A DNA stretch of 64,000 nucleotides from Bulleidia sp. (lineage in GTDB: Bacteria; Bacteroidota; Bacteroidia; Bacteroidales; Bacteroidaceae), in contig CAVKSZ010000005.1 in assembly GCA_963659135.1 (NCBI GenBank), positions 1,565 to 65,564 on the forward strand, read 5' to 3'. Shown piece by piece: positions 38,923 through 49,523 of the stretch (the stretch's first letter is position 1; each line of letters opens with the position of its first letter). Under the pieces are notes generated by a model. It was not told the origin of the DNA. It saw nothing but the letters and a program-made list of their open reading frames with translations, and searched no databases. The position numbers were made by a program, and so were the translations under genes.

Positions 38923-40902
38923 ATGAAAAAGAGAACAGTTATTATGTTGTGGCTAATGGCTATGGTGCTGACCCTTTCGGCCAAAAACTATACCGTAACC
39001 TCGCCCAATGGTAAGCTTACCGCTACTGTAGAGGTAGGCGCAGTGGTAAAATACAGTCTTGAGGATGCCGGAAAACAGCTGGTAAAACCGTCGGTCATAG
39101 CCCTAAACACGTCGGCAGGAACGTGGGGAGAAGGGTCGCATCTGCAGCGTGCCGTAAAGTCGACAGAGAAAGGCGTAATACGTGCTTTCGCCTACAAGCG
39201 CAATCAAGTGGCCGACCATTATAACCAGTTGCGCTTGCAGTTTAAAGAGGGGTTTGCCCTAGTGTTTCGTCTCTACGATGAAGGCATGGCTTATAGATTT
39301 GTATCTTTAAAAGATAAAGAAGTAACCGTTTATACAGAGAATACAGAGATATGCTTTGCCCGCGACTGGATGGCTCGTGTGCCTTACGTATATGGCAAGG
39401 GCGACAGGGAAACCGAGTTTCATACATCGTTTGAGAACGAGTATACCTATCAGCACTTGTCGCAACTATCTACAGAGCATCTGTTCTTCTCGCCACTGAT
39501 AGTTGAGGCCGATAACGGAGTTCGTCTATGCATAGCCGAGAGCGATGTGGAGAACTATCCCGGCCAGTTCTTTACCGGCAAAGGCGGTACAACCATCACG
39601 GGAGTTTCGGCGGCATATCCCAGCGGTATCAAAACGGGTGGAAACGATAATATAGAGCAGTTTGCCACCGGTAGAGAGAACTATCTGGTTAAGGCAAAAG
39701 CCCGCCAGCAGATGCCTTGGCGCATTATCTGCTATGCTACTGCCGACGAACAGTTGCTGGATAACGATATGGTGTATCGCTTGGCATCGCCATCACGTAT
39801 AGCCGACACATCGTGGATACGTCCTGGAAAAGCCGCATGGGAATGGTGGAACAACTGGAATCTGTATAAGGTAGATTTTCGGGCAGGTATCAATACGGCT
39901 ACTTATAAATATTTTGTTGACTTTGCAGCCAAATTTGGGGTAGAGTATGTATTGATAGACGATGGATGGACCGTAAAGGGAAAGAGCGACCTGCTACAGG
40001 TTATACCCGAACTCGATATGAAAGGAATAGTAGATTATGCCAACTCTAAAGGCGTGGGTATAATTCTTTGGGCTGGCTATTATCCCTTTGATAAGGATAT
40101 GGAGCGCGTATGTAAGTACTATGCAGAGATGGGCGTTAAGGGTTTCAAGGTAGACTTTATGAACGGCGACGATGCTCGTACCGTAAACTTCCATTATCGC
40201 GCTGCTGCTACCGCTGCCAAGTATCATCTATTGTTAGACTTCCACGGCACCTACAAGCCAACAGGTCTTAACCGCACCTATCCTAATGTGGTAAACTTTG
40301 AAGGTGTATTCGGGCAGGAACAGAACAAATGGGCTACGTTGACAGACCGTAACCAGCCGCTCTACAATGTAATAGTGCCTTTCGCCCGTATGCTGGCCGG
40401 TCCTATGGACTATACTCAGGGTGCTATGGTTAACGGTACTCAAGAAACATATGCCAAGAGTAATTCTCGTCCTATGAGTATGGGAACTCGTACCCATCAG
40501 TTGGCAGAGTATGTAGTATTTCTCTCGCCCTTTGGCATGTTGTGCGACTCGCCCACTCACTACGAACAGGAAGCAGAGTGTACGCAGTTTATAGCCTCTA
40601 TTCCTACCGTATGGGACGAAACAGTGGCTCTGAAGAGTGAGATAGGTGAATATGTAGCAGTAGCTCGTAAAAAGGACGGCAAGTGGTATGTGGCTGCACT
40701 TACCAACTGGACTCCGCGCGACCTTACGCTCGACCTTACTCCGCTCAAGGTATCTGGTCATAAGGCCGATGCTTTCTACGACGGAATAAATGCCGACCGT
40801 ATGGCAGAAGACTATAAACGCTGCCAAATAGAAATTCCACTTGGGGGCAAGATAGATGTACACCTTGCACCAGGCGGTGGTTTTGTTATGGTGGTAGAAT
40901 AA
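38923..40902 (+). CDS. Glycoside hydrolase family 97, probably retaining type
   Basis: SPNGKL, SWIRPGKAAWEWW, IDDGW, GFKVDF, DFHG.YKPTG, FEGV, RMLAGPMDYT and PTVWDET motifs. Confidence 0.93.
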   Translation: MKKRTVIMLWLMAMVLTLSAKNYTVTSPNGKLTATVEVGAVVKYSLEDAGKQLVKPSVIALNTSAGTWGEGSHLQRAVKSTEKGVIRAFAYKRNQVADHYNQLRLQFKEGFALVFRLYDEGMAYRFVSLKDKEVTVYTENTEICFARDWMARVPYVYGKGDRETEFHTSFENEYTYQHLSQLSTEHLFFSPLIVEADNGVRLCIAESDVENYPGQFFTGKGGTTITGVSAAYPSGIKTGGNDNIEQFATGRENYLVKAKARQQMPWRIICYATADEQLLDNDMVYRLASPSRIADTSWIRPGKAAWEWWNNWNLYKVDFRAGINTATYKYFVDFAAKFGVEYVLIDDGWTVKGKSDLLQVIPELDMKGIVDYANSKGVGIILWAGYYPFDKDMERVCKYYAEMGVKGFKVDFMNGDDARTVNFHYRAAATAAKYHLLLDFHGTYKPTGLNRTYPNVVNFEGVFGQEQNKWATLTDRNQPLYNVIVPFARMLAGPMDYTQGAMVNGTQETYAKSNSRPMSMGTRTHQLAEYVVFLSPFGMLCDSPTHYEQEAECTQFIASIPTVWDETVALKSEIGEYVAVARKKDGKWYVAALTNWTPRDLTLDLTPLKVSGHKADAFYDGINADRMAEDYKRCQIEIPLGGKIDVHLAPGGGFVMVVE

Positions 40903-40914
40903 TTGCTTGTAAAC

Positions 40915-40956
40915 AAAAAAATAACTTGGTACTTTCCAGTGCCAAGTTATTTTTTT
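40915..40956. terminator. Bidirectional intrinsic terminator
   Basis: aaaaaaataacttgg...ccaagttatttttt. Confidence 0.8.
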
Positions 40957-41030
40957 AAGAGAGTATAAATTAGTGTGGTCTGATTTATAGAGCCACACTT
41001 AAATCATAAAGGTTGTAGTGGCGGCATTAT

Positions 41031-41726
41031 CTATGGCTTGGCAAACCCTAACGTAAGGATTGAGAATAGGGTATCGCCGGCCTTTTCTATCTCTTTGGCG
41101 CAGGCACATAGGGTGGCACCGGTAGTGGCAACATCATCAACCAGCAGAATATGACGGCCGTGCATCCGCTCGGGAGTTTTTAGCCTAAAGGCGTGGTCAA
41201 CGTTAGCGTTGCGATCCCATCGTTGCTTGTGGGTTTGACTCTCGCGGAATCGGGTGCGGGTAATGGCCTTGCCGTCTACCTTAATACCCGTAATGCGACT
41301 TATGCCGAGGGCTATATACACGCTTTGGTTATAACCGCGCTCACGCAAGCGCCGCCGGCTAAGCGGTACAGGCACTATCACATCTATGCCTTCAAAGAAA
41401 TTGGTTGGTAAATACTCTTCTGCCAACATAGCACCCAAGAACTCGGCTATTTCTGGACAGTCGTTGTATTTCAGATTGTAAACCATTTGGCTTGCATCGC
41501 TCCCCGCCTTGTAGAAGAAGAGGGCGGCGCAGTGCTTTATGGGAATGATTCCCCAAAACATGCGGGCCATCTGGTTGTCGTCTATATCCTTGGTGTAACC
41601 CGTTCGTGGCAGACTAATATTGCAAACCGTGCAGAGGGTGTGTTCGTCTATACCCAGGCGATGACCACACATGGCGCAGCTACGTGGAAATAGCGTGTCG
41701 TGGAGACGGGCAAGCAAGTTAATCAT
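41031..41726 (-). CDS. comF: ComF family protein
   Basis: CxxC...CxxC, VPVPL...RERGYNQ and LLVDDVATTGATL motifs. Confidence 0.9.
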   Translation of the reverse strand: MINLLARLHDTLFPRSCAMCGHRLGIDEHTLCTVCNISLPRTGYTKDIDDNQMARMFWGIIPIKHCAALFFYKAGSDASQMVYNLKYNDCPEIAEFLGAMLAEEYLPTNFFEGIDVIVPVPLSRRRLRERGYNQSVYIALGISRITGIKVDGKAITRTRFRESQTHKQRWDRNANVDHAFRLKTPERMHGRHILLVDDVATTGATLCACAKEIEKAGDTLFSILTLGFAKP

Positions 41727-42195
41727 CGGTTGAAAGGTTGAGCGTATCTATGGCTTTGCGTATAATGTCAAGGTCGAAGCCGCGACCCATGGCAAACCTA
41801 ATTAGTTTCTGACTGCGTTCGTAGTCGTTGCGGGCCTGTATAGTGTTCCATTTATGATAGAGCAGCGGGCGCAGTATATCGATATAATGCTCGTCTGGCA
41901 CTTCGTCTAGAATGGGTTTGTAAACTTGGCTATCTATATGCTTGGCATAGAGAGCTTGTTCTATCTTGCGGCGGCCCCAACCGTTGTAAGATATCTTTTC
42001 TTTAACAAAGAAAAAGCAGTAACGGCTGTCGTCTATATATCGGTTATTGGTAAGATATTTAATGATACGTTGCTGAGTATCGGCGTCAATACCCCATTGC
42101 TCCATTTTCTTTATGGCGTCGCCGGTGCAGTATTCTGATTCTGCACATCGGGCAGCTAGGCGGTTAAGCGCCTGTTCTTCTGTCAATTCTTTCAT
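41719..42195 (-). CDS. recX: Regulatory protein RecX
   Basis: YIDDSRY, GWGRRKIEQAL and KLIRFAMGRGF motifs. Confidence 0.88.
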   Translation of the reverse strand: MKELTEEQALNRLAARCAESEYCTGDAIKKMEQWGIDADTQQRIIKYLTNNRYIDDSRYCFFFVKEKISYNGWGRRKIEQALYAKHIDSQVYKPILDEVPDEHYIDILRPLLYHKWNTIQARNDYERSQKLIRFAMGRGFDLDIIRKAIDTLNLSTDD

Positions 42196-42260
42196 GGGAT
42201 GGTTCTATAAATTGGCATTGTTGATTATCGATATTGTGTTTCTGTGAAAGCAGAAACTAT

Positions 42261-43091
42261 TTATGGTATTTGCGCAATAATGAATCGCTGCTTATCGTAT
42301 TGGTCTATTTTTATGGTGTGGGTATAGCCCATGGCGGTAAGCATGGCAGCCATATCATCTACATATAGTGGGTTGATTTCGAATAGCAGTCTGCCGTTGG
42401 ACTTTAGCGCGCGAGTGGCATATAGGGCTATGGCTCGGTAGAAGAGCAACGGGTCGTTATCGGGCACAAACAGGGCCGTGGCAGGTTCGTAGTCAAGAAC
42501 ATTGCGACTCATGTCTTTCTGCTCGTTCATACAGATATAGGGCGGGTTGCTTACTATGGTATCCCAAAGAGCTATGTCGGTGGGTGGGTTAAGTGCGTCT
42601 TGCTTTACTATGTTGATGTCTGCACCAAGCGAGGTGGCGTTTTGGCGGGCTATGCTTATGGCAATGTCTGAAATGTCCCACGCCGTTACGCGGGCTTCGG
42701 GAAATTCCAAAGCCGACGATATGGCTATGCATCCAGACCCAGTGCCTATGTCAAGTATGCTGAACGATGCACCATTATGCCCACTGCCCGTTAAGGGGAT
42801 AAGCATTTCTGTTTCGGGACGGGGGATAAGCACGCCCGGGGCAACGCTAAATTTGTGCCCGCAGAAGTAGGCGTGGCCCAATACATATTGTACGGGCTCG
42901 TAATTGGCGATACGCGTTATAATTTCCTCGAACTTTGCTCGCTCGTCTGCCGATAATTGGCTAACTTTGTCCATATATATATCGGTGAGTGAGAGCCCAA
43001 ACTCGTCTTCAGCCACCATGCGCACTATAGCGCGAGCTTCGCCTGCACCATAGAGAGGGGCAAGGCGGTGGCACAACTCATTGTATGTCAT
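42261..43091 (-). CDS. prmC: Peptide chain release factor N5-glutamine methyltransferase
   Basis: EPVQYVLG, VLIPRPETE, LDIGTGSGCI and SNPPY motifs; start MTYNEL at 43091. Confidence 0.93.
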   Translation of the reverse strand: MTYNELCHRLAPLYGAGEARAIVRMVAEDEFGLSLTDIYMDKVSQLSADERAKFEEIITRIANYEPVQYVLGHAYFCGHKFSVAPGVLIPRPETEMLIPLTGSGHNGASFSILDIGTGSGCIAISSALEFPEARVTAWDISDIAISIARQNATSLGADINIVKQDALNPPTDIALWDTIVSNPPYICMNEQKDMSRNVLDYEPATALFVPDNDPLLFYRAIALYATRALKSNGRLLFEINPLYVDDMAAMLTAMGYTHTIKIDQYDKQRFIIAQIP

Positions 43092-43112
43092 GAACGCAAA
43101 GTTATAAAAAAT

Positions 43113-45425
43113 ATGGAAACGAAACAGATAGAGAGTAGTAAAAAATGCTTGCGCCGCATACCGTTTATGGTTAGTGTTAGGCTGATGGTTGCGGCGATTG
43201 CCGTGATAACCTTTACCGGCATAAAGGCTCAATCGGTTGCCATAATTCCGCAACCGGTAGAGATAGAGACTATGAGTGAAACGTGGGTGTTACCCTCTGT
43301 CGTCAAAATAAGTGTGGCTGACACGGCACTGAATAGGGCTGCGCAGTATTTGGCCGAAGTTGTAGAGACACAGACGCAGATAAAAACTGCCGTAGTACCA
43401 GGCAAAGCGCATATACGCCTGTCGCTCAGTGCCTCTCTTGCCCCTGGCGCTTATACACTGCAGATTACAAAGCGTGGAGTTACCCTTCAGGGTGGTGGTT
43501 ATACGGGTGTGATAAATGGTATAGCTACGCTGCGCCAGTTGCTACCAATAGGCCGTGGTGTAGGCAGTAGCGTGGCGTGTGCTCGGGTGAACGATGCGCC
43601 CCAGTTTGGTTGGCGTGGATTTATGGTAGACTGCTCGCGCCACTTCTATACCGTAGCAGAGATAGAAAAGGTGCTCGATGTAATGGCTTACTATAAGATG
43701 AACCGATTTCACTGGCACCTGTCTGACGACCAGGGATGGCGCGTAGAGATAAAACGATACCCTAAACTTACCACAGAAGGTGGCTGGCGACATTTCAACG
43801 CACAAGATTCGGTGTGTATGGAGCGTGCCAAGACCGAGGATATGCCTAATATGCTATTGCCAGAAAGTAAGATGCGCACCGCAGTCGACGGTTCGCGCCA
43901 GTACGGAGGATACTATACCCAGCAGGATGTGCGCCATATAGTAGACTATGCAGCCCAGCGAGGCATTGACGTGATACCCGAGATAGATATGCCGGGCCAT
44001 AGTCTAACGGCCATCAATTGCGTAAAAGGTCTGTCGTGCAACGAGCAGACGGGGTGGGGTAGATTGTTTACCACGCCCATGTGCCCTGGCAAGGACACAA
44101 TGCTGGAATTCTGTAAGAATGTATGGACAGAACTATTCGAACTATTCCCCTACGAATATGTACATATAGGCGGCGACGAGGTTGATATGAAAAACTGGCG
44201 CACCTGTGCCGACTGTCAGCGCCGCATGAAGGAAAACGGATTGCAAACCGAAGCTCAGTTGCAGACTTGGTTTAACCTCTACATGGAGGACTTCTTCCGC
44301 GCTCACGGGCGCAAGATGATAGCATGGGACGACGTGATAGACGGAGGTCTGTCGGCTTATACTACCGTAATGTGGTGGCGTTCGTGGTTGCCCAAGGGTC
44401 CTAAGCGAGCCACTGCCCACGGCAACGAGCTGATTAACGTTCCCGTTTCATTCTTCTATCTAAGCGGACGCGAAGACGCAACCAAAATTCCCGGCATATA
44501 CAACTTTGATCCCTATGCTACGCTGAATGCTGAAGAAAGCAAGTTGGTACGTGGCATACACTCGTGCTTATGGGGCGAGCGCATAGCCAGTGCCGATAGA
44601 ATGTGGTACCAGCTATTCCCCCGATTTATGGCAGTGTCAGAGCGCGCCTGGAGCCGTCAAGACCGCATGGATTATACCGATTTTACCAGCAGAATGTTGG
44701 CCCATCTGCCCCGACTCGAGGCTATGGGTATAAAATACCGCATGCCCGACCTTACAGGACTTATCCGCACCAGCGTGTTTACCCAGCGCGATACGGTAAG
44801 TGTAGCCTGTATAGACCCATCGGTAACCATACGATATACTACCGATGGCACTATGCCGCAGGCTACATCGCCACGGTACGACGCACCTATAGAGGTGGAT
44901 AAGACAACCCACTTTATATTCCGCCCCTTTGGCTCTGACGGCCGCAAGGGCGATGTAGTGCGTGCTTCGTTTATCAAGGCAGAGTTGGCGCAGGCTATTA
45001 CGGTAAGTGAGCCGTTGGAGAGCGGACTGCGCAACCTGTGGTACGACTATCCTGGCGACTGGTGTAAGGGTATAGAGCAGTCGCCGCTCAAGGGCGAGTA
45101 TGTTACCCCGGGGGTAGTAATACCCAGTGATGCTAAAGACAATATAGGTCTGGTTATAACGGGATATATAGAAGTACCTGTTGATGGGGTGTATACCTTT
45201 AGTCTATATTCTGACGATGGTAGCCAACTTACCATAGATTCTACCATGGTGGTAGACAGCGACGGTATGCACGACGCCGTTGAGGTAACCGGGCAGTATG
45301 GTATGCGTGCCGGACTGCACCCTATACACGTAACTTATTTTGACCACAATGGTGGAGACCTGCGCTTGAAGGTAACTGACAAGCACGGGCGTGCCGTGGA
45401 TGTAAAATACTGGCATAAAAAGTAA
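43113..45425 (+). CDS. GH20 beta-N-acetylhexosaminidase with Fn3-like and PA14 domains
   Basis: IIPQP, WRGFMVDCSRHF, HWHLSDDQGWR, PEIDMPGH, HIGGDEV, IRYTTDG and SDDGS (PA14). Start uncertain (43113 or 43167). Confidence 0.92.
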   Translation: METKQIESSKKCLRRIPFMVSVRLMVAAIAVITFTGIKAQSVAIIPQPVEIETMSETWVLPSVVKISVADTALNRAAQYLAEVVETQTQIKTAVVPGKAHIRLSLSASLAPGAYTLQITKRGVTLQGGGYTGVINGIATLRQLLPIGRGVGSSVACARVNDAPQFGWRGFMVDCSRHFYTVAEIEKVLDVMAYYKMNRFHWHLSDDQGWRVEIKRYPKLTTEGGWRHFNAQDSVCMERAKTEDMPNMLLPESKMRTAVDGSRQYGGYYTQQDVRHIVDYAAQRGIDVIPEIDMPGHSLTAINCVKGLSCNEQTGWGRLFTTPMCPGKDTMLEFCKNVWTELFELFPYEYVHIGGDEVDMKNWRTCADCQRRMKENGLQTEAQLQTWFNLYMEDFFRAHGRKMIAWDDVIDGGLSAYTTVMWWRSWLPKGPKRATAHGNELINVPVSFFYLSGREDATKIPGIYNFDPYATLNAEESKLVRGIHSCLWGERIASADRMWYQLFPRFMAVSERAWSRQDRMDYTDFTSRMLAHLPRLEAMGIKYRMPDLTGLIRTSVFTQRDTVSVACIDPSVTIRYTTDGTMPQATSPRYDAPIEVDKTTHFIFRPFGSDGRKGDVVRASFIKAELAQAITVSEPLESGLRNLWYDYPGDWCKGIEQSPLKGEYVTPGVVIPSDAKDNIGLVITGYIEVPVDGVYTFSLYSDDGSQLTIDSTMVVDSDGMHDAVEVTGQYGMRAGLHPIHVTYFDHNGGDLRLKVTDKHGRAVDVKYWHKK

Positions 45426-46378
45426 TGATGAGCACACAAGAAACCGACGAGAGATACATGCGCCGCTGTCTGCAATTGGCAGCATGCGGACGGCAGAACG
45501 CCAAACCCAACCCCATGGTGGGTGCCGTACTGGTATACAACGGCAGGATTATAGGCGAGGGCTATCATGTACGTTGTGGTGAAGGGCATGCCGAGGTTAA
45601 CTGTTTTGCATCGGTAAACCCCGAAGACAGGGCCTTAGTACCCGAGTCTACGCTCTATGTAAGCTTGGAACCCTGCTCACACTATGGTCGCACTCCCCCT
45701 TGTGCCGACTTGATAGTATCTAAGGGGGTAAAGCGTGTGGTAGTAGGTTGTGTCGACCCCTTTGCCCGTGTGAGTGGCCGTGGTATACAGCGCCTGCGCG
45801 ATGCCGGGATAGAGGTAACCGTGGGTGTGCTTCAGCGCGAATGTCGCTGGATTAACCGCCAGTTTATCACAATGAATACCCGCAAGCGTCCCTACATTAT
45901 TCTGAAATGGGCGCAGACGGCCGATGGGTTCATAGACAGCCACTTCCGCCCTACTATGATATCTAACGCACTGACGCAGATGGTTTCTCATCGCCTGCGA
46001 GCCGAGAGCGACGCTATACTGGTAGGCCGGGTTACAGCCGAGCGCGACCATCCTAAACTGAACGTGCGCCATTGGGCCGGCCCCGACCCCGAACGCATAA
46101 TTCTTTCGCACTCTACCTCTATTGAAGAGGTGTTAGAGTGGCTCTACAAAGAACAGAAGCAGAGCTTGATAGTAGAGGGAGGTGCCAAGACGCTATCATC
46201 GTTTATTGCTAACAATCTGTGGGACGAACTGCGTATGGAAACATCGCCCCTGGTAGTGGGCGAAGGCACCCCTGCACCGCAGCTTCCCGCTACGGCACAG
46301 TTGGGCGAAAGCCGCATGTATGCTGAAAACAGATATTGTATATATTATAACCCATTGCTGTTACAACTTTATGACTGA
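45425..46378 (+). CDS. ribD: Riboflavin biosynthesis deaminase/reductase
   Basis: PNPMVG, HAE, LEPCSHYGRTPPC, KWAQTADG and VEGG motifs. Confidence 0.94.
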   Translation: MMSTQETDERYMRRCLQLAACGRQNAKPNPMVGAVLVYNGRIIGEGYHVRCGEGHAEVNCFASVNPEDRALVPESTLYVSLEPCSHYGRTPPCADLIVSKGVKRVVVGCVDPFARVSGRGIQRLRDAGIEVTVGVLQRECRWINRQFITMNTRKRPYIILKWAQTADGFIDSHFRPTMISNALTQMVSHRLRAESDAILVGRVTAERDHPKLNVRHWAGPDPERIILSHSTSIEEVLEWLYKEQKQSLIVEGGAKTLSSFIANNLWDELRMETSPLVVGEGTPAPQLPATAQLGESRMYAENRYCIYYNPLLLQLYD

Positions 46379-46526
46379 CAGATATACCCGAAATATGAAT
46401 GGCGACGACGAAACCCGTCGCCGCGAACTCATAGAAAAGATAGAACGCGCCATAAACCACCGCACCGTGGCAGAGCTCGAAGCCATAGCCTACGATATGT
46501 TTGCCAAAGGCTATCTAGACGAATAG
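46371..46526 (+). CDS. Small hypothetical protein (51 aa)
   Basis: ATG overlaps the ribD 3' end; amphipathic helical sequence RRRELIEKIERAIN..VAELEAIAYDM. Confidence 0.55.
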   Translation: MTDRYTRNMNGDDETRRRELIEKIERAINHRTVAELEAIAYDMFAKGYLDE

Positions 46527-46558
46527 CATAATATAGCCATCGCCTTTATATTATTATG

Positions 46559-47158
46559 TTACCCCAAAAAGTATATGGGGGCGTGTAGAGTGCCGACTTT
46601 AACCATAATACCTTTGTTGCAGAAATGGGTGAGCCATTTTTGGGCCGAGTATCGGGTTAAGCCAAATTCTGTTCGCATTATCTTACAGGTGATGTAGCGG
46701 TTGGTTTGCAGATATTCACGGATTCTGCTTAGTAAGCTATCTTCTGTGTATTGGATAGACTGGGCGGAATAAGGGTTGCGTACAAAGCGTATGCCTTGTT
46801 GAATTTCTTGCAGAAAGCCTGTTTCTGGGCGGAAATTGATGCCGGTGAGCCGCACTTCTTTACCCGTAATCTTCTTATCGGGGCTTTCTTCGGCCATTTC
46901 TAAGCTTGCAGCCATAGTGAAATATCCTATACCGGGCATGTAGAAGCGGTGGCCTAGCTGAAACTCGTGAATAGCCAGGTCGCGCAGTTCTGACAGTACG
47001 GCTACTACATCTCCCCGGGTAAGCGAACTGCGGTTTTGAATTTGTTGTTGTAATTGCTTTGCAGTAATGTGTTCATCCTGCATTAGGCGCACATATTGTC
47101 TGCTTTCTCCCTTACCCTCAGAGTTGTTGAGGGTACAAATGTTGTACTTTAATAGCAT
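46559..47158 (-). CDS. Bacteroidales HU-like DNA-binding protein with C-terminal HTH
   Basis: SSLTRGDVVAVL, MPGIGYF and INFRP motifs plus C-terminal YITCK...FGLTRYSA; promoter TTTG-N20-TACCTTTG at 47241-47272. Confidence 0.82.
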   Translation of the reverse strand: MLLKYNICTLNNSEGKGESRQYVRLMQDEHITAKQLQQQIQNRSSLTRGDVVAVLSELRDLAIHEFQLGHRFYMPGIGYFTMAASLEMAEESPDKKITGKEVRLTGINFRPETGFLQEIQQGIRFVRNPYSAQSIQYTEDSLLSRIREYLQTNRYITCKIMRTEFGLTRYSAQKWLTHFCNKGIMVKVGTLHAPIYFLG

Positions 47159-47302
47159 AATTGTTAGTGTTTGATAGTTGTTGATATTGAACTTTATATA
47201 CGGGGTATGATTTTATGGCATCATTCCCCAAAGGATGCTGCAAAGGTAATACAATATTCTAAATATAGCAAAAATCGGTGCCGAGTAAGGGGGCGTTTAT
47301 AT

Positions 47303-47384
47303 GCTTACGGCCGCCAACTTGATGGTTGACGGCCGTAAGCCGAAAGGTTGATGGCCGTGGGCTGCTTGGCTGGCGGCCATCAAC
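47303..47384. repeat. 4 x 22-bp quasi-palindromic array (copy 4 of 5)
   Basis: gcttacggccgccaac-ttgatg-gttgacggccgtaagc-cgaaag-gttgatggccgtgggc-tgcttg-gctggcggccatcaac. Confidence 0.9.
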
Positions 47385-47425
47385 AGGGTAATAAAGGTTG
47401 TTAGGGCAGTAAAAAGGCACCCCTT

Positions 47426-49123
47426 TTAGTCTTCCATCAACTTGCGGTAACGACCTTTCTTTATTTCTTCGTTGCCTAGGCGGCGTGCCTTGTTAATCTC
47501 GTAATCAGAGTAGCTGCCCTCAAAGAAGAATACTTCGCCGTTGCCTTCGAATGCTAAGATATGGGTACAGATACGGTCGAGGAACCAGCGGTCGTGACTG
47601 ATAACAACGGCGCAGCCGGCAAATCCCTCAAGACCCTCTTCCAGGGCGCGAAGGGTATTTACGTCGATATCATTGGTAGGCTCGTCGAGCAGCAGTACGT
47701 TGCCCTCTTGTTTCAGTGCCATAGCCAGCTGCAGACGGTTGCGCTCGCCACCTGAGAGCGTGCCGCAGAGCTTGTTTTGGTCGGTTCCGGCAAAATTGAA
47801 ACGCGAGATATAGGCTCGTGCATTCACGTCGCGGCCACCCATACGTATGGTTTCGTTGCCTTGCGATATGGTGTCGTATACACTCTTGTTGGGGTCTATA
47901 TCTTTATGTTGCTGGTCTACATAGGCCAGTTTTACGGTTTCGCCCACCTCGAAGGTACCGCCGTCTACCTGCTCCAGGCCCATGATGAGGCGGAACAGGG
48001 TAGTTTTACCGGCTCCGTTAGGACCTATCACGCCCACAATGCCGTTAGGTGGCAGCATAAAGTTCAGGTCGGAGAAGAGTACCTTTTCACCGAAGGCCTT
48101 GCTTACGTGCTGAGCCTCGATAACCTTGTTGCCCAGGCGTGGACCATTGGGTATGAATATCTCCAGCTTCTCTTCGCGCTCTTTCTGCTCTTCGCCTAGC
48201 ATCTGTTCGTAGGCGTTAAGACGGGCTTTACCCTTGGCTTGGCGGGCCTTGGGTGCCATGTGAGCCCACTCCAATTCGCGTTCCAAAGCCTTGCGTCGCT
48301 TAGATGCTTGCTTTTCTTCTTGCATCATGCGCTTGGTTTTCTGGTCGAGCCATGAAGAGTAGTTGCCGTGCCATGGTATGCCTTCGCCGCGGTCTAATTC
48401 TAGTATCCATTCGCTTACATCGTCAAGGAAGTAGCGGTCGTGGGTTACGGCTATTACGGTGCCTTCGTATTGTTGCAGGTGTTGCTCCAACCAGTCTATG
48501 CTCTCGGCATCCAGATGGTTGGTAGGCTCGTCAAGCAGCAGTACGTCGGGCTTCTGCAATAGCAGTCGGCAGAGAGCTACGCGGCGGCGCTCACCACCCG
48601 AAAGATTGGTAACGGGCAGATGGCCAGCGGGACAGCGCAGGGCGGCCATAGCTCTATCCAGCTTAGAGTCCATATTCCAAGCGTCGGTAGCATCTATTAT
48701 ATCCTGCACTTCGGCTTGGCGCTGCATAAGCTTATCCATCTTGTCGGCATCGCTATAATATTCTTCTTCGCCAAACTTGCGGTTTATCTCTTCGTATTCG
48801 GCCAGAGCATCGTAGGCTTGCTGCACGCCTTCCATCACGTTTTCTTTTACCGTCTTGCTTTCGTCGAGAGGCGGATCCTGTGGCAGATATCCTACCGTGT
48901 AGCCGGGGCTCCATACCACTTCGCCCTGCGTGGGCTGTTCCAGTCCGGCGATAATCTTCATCAAGGTAGATTTGCCGGCACCGTTAAGACCTATGATGCC
49001 TATCTTAGCCCCGTAGAAGAATGACAGATAAATGTCTTTGAGAATCTGTTTGCGGTTTTGTGGGATAATCTTTGATACCCCAACCATAGAGAAGATAATC
49101 TTCTTGTCGTCAACTGTTGCCAT
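47426..49123 (-). CDS. ettA: Energy-dependent translational throttle protein (ABC-F)
   Basis: LSFFYGAKIGIIGLNGAGKST, two ABC domains, KARQAKGKARL linker. Confidence 0.95.
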   Translation of the reverse strand: MATVDDKKIIFSMVGVSKIIPQNRKQILKDIYLSFFYGAKIGIIGLNGAGKSTLMKIIAGLEQPTQGEVVWSPGYTVGYLPQDPPLDESKTVKENVMEGVQQAYDALAEYEEINRKFGEEEYYSDADKMDKLMQRQAEVQDIIDATDAWNMDSKLDRAMAALRCPAGHLPVTNLSGGERRRVALCRLLLQKPDVLLLDEPTNHLDAESIDWLEQHLQQYEGTVIAVTHDRYFLDDVSEWILELDRGEGIPWHGNYSSWLDQKTKRMMQEEKQASKRRKALERELEWAHMAPKARQAKGKARLNAYEQMLGEEQKEREEKLEIFIPNGPRLGNKVIEAQHVSKAFGEKVLFSDLNFMLPPNGIVGVIGPNGAGKTTLFRLIMGLEQVDGGTFEVGETVKLAYVDQQHKDIDPNKSVYDTISQGNETIRMGGRDVNARAYISRFNFAGTDQNKLCGTLSGGERNRLQLAMALKQEGNVLLLDEPTNDIDVNTLRALEEGLEGFAGCAVVISHDRWFLDRICTHILAFEGNGEVFFFEGSYSDYEINKARRLGNEEIKKGRYRKLMED

Positions 49124-49463
49124 AAAAATAAAAAGGTGGTTGTAAAAATATAATTCTATGTATAATCACCTAGAAGGGAAGGCTTTTCTGCACTGAAACA
49201 TCCCTTAAAAGTGTTGGTATTCAAAGTTAGTCAAAAAAAACGAGGTGGTAAATTATCTCGGCCTAAAAGTTACATTTCTGCCGCAAAATATCTCTACTGC
49301 AACTTTTATCGCCTATGCGACAGTAGATTTAGGTTCTTAGAATATCCCTATCAATAGATAGGCAAACTACGTGCTAGTTGCCCATCGTCTATACATATAA
49401 TATATATACGTGTATGCGTGCGCGCGAGTGGCTGCATACTTTAGCGTGCCGAGTATAGATAAT

Positions 49464-49499
49464 AAAAAAGCCGTAACACCAATGGCTGATGTTACGGCT
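49464..49499 (-). terminator. Intrinsic terminator after secDF
   Basis: agccgtaaca...tgttacggct with a U-tract on the minus strand. Confidence 0.75.
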
Positions 49500-49523
49500 A
49501 TTATTGAGTCTAAGTATTACTCG

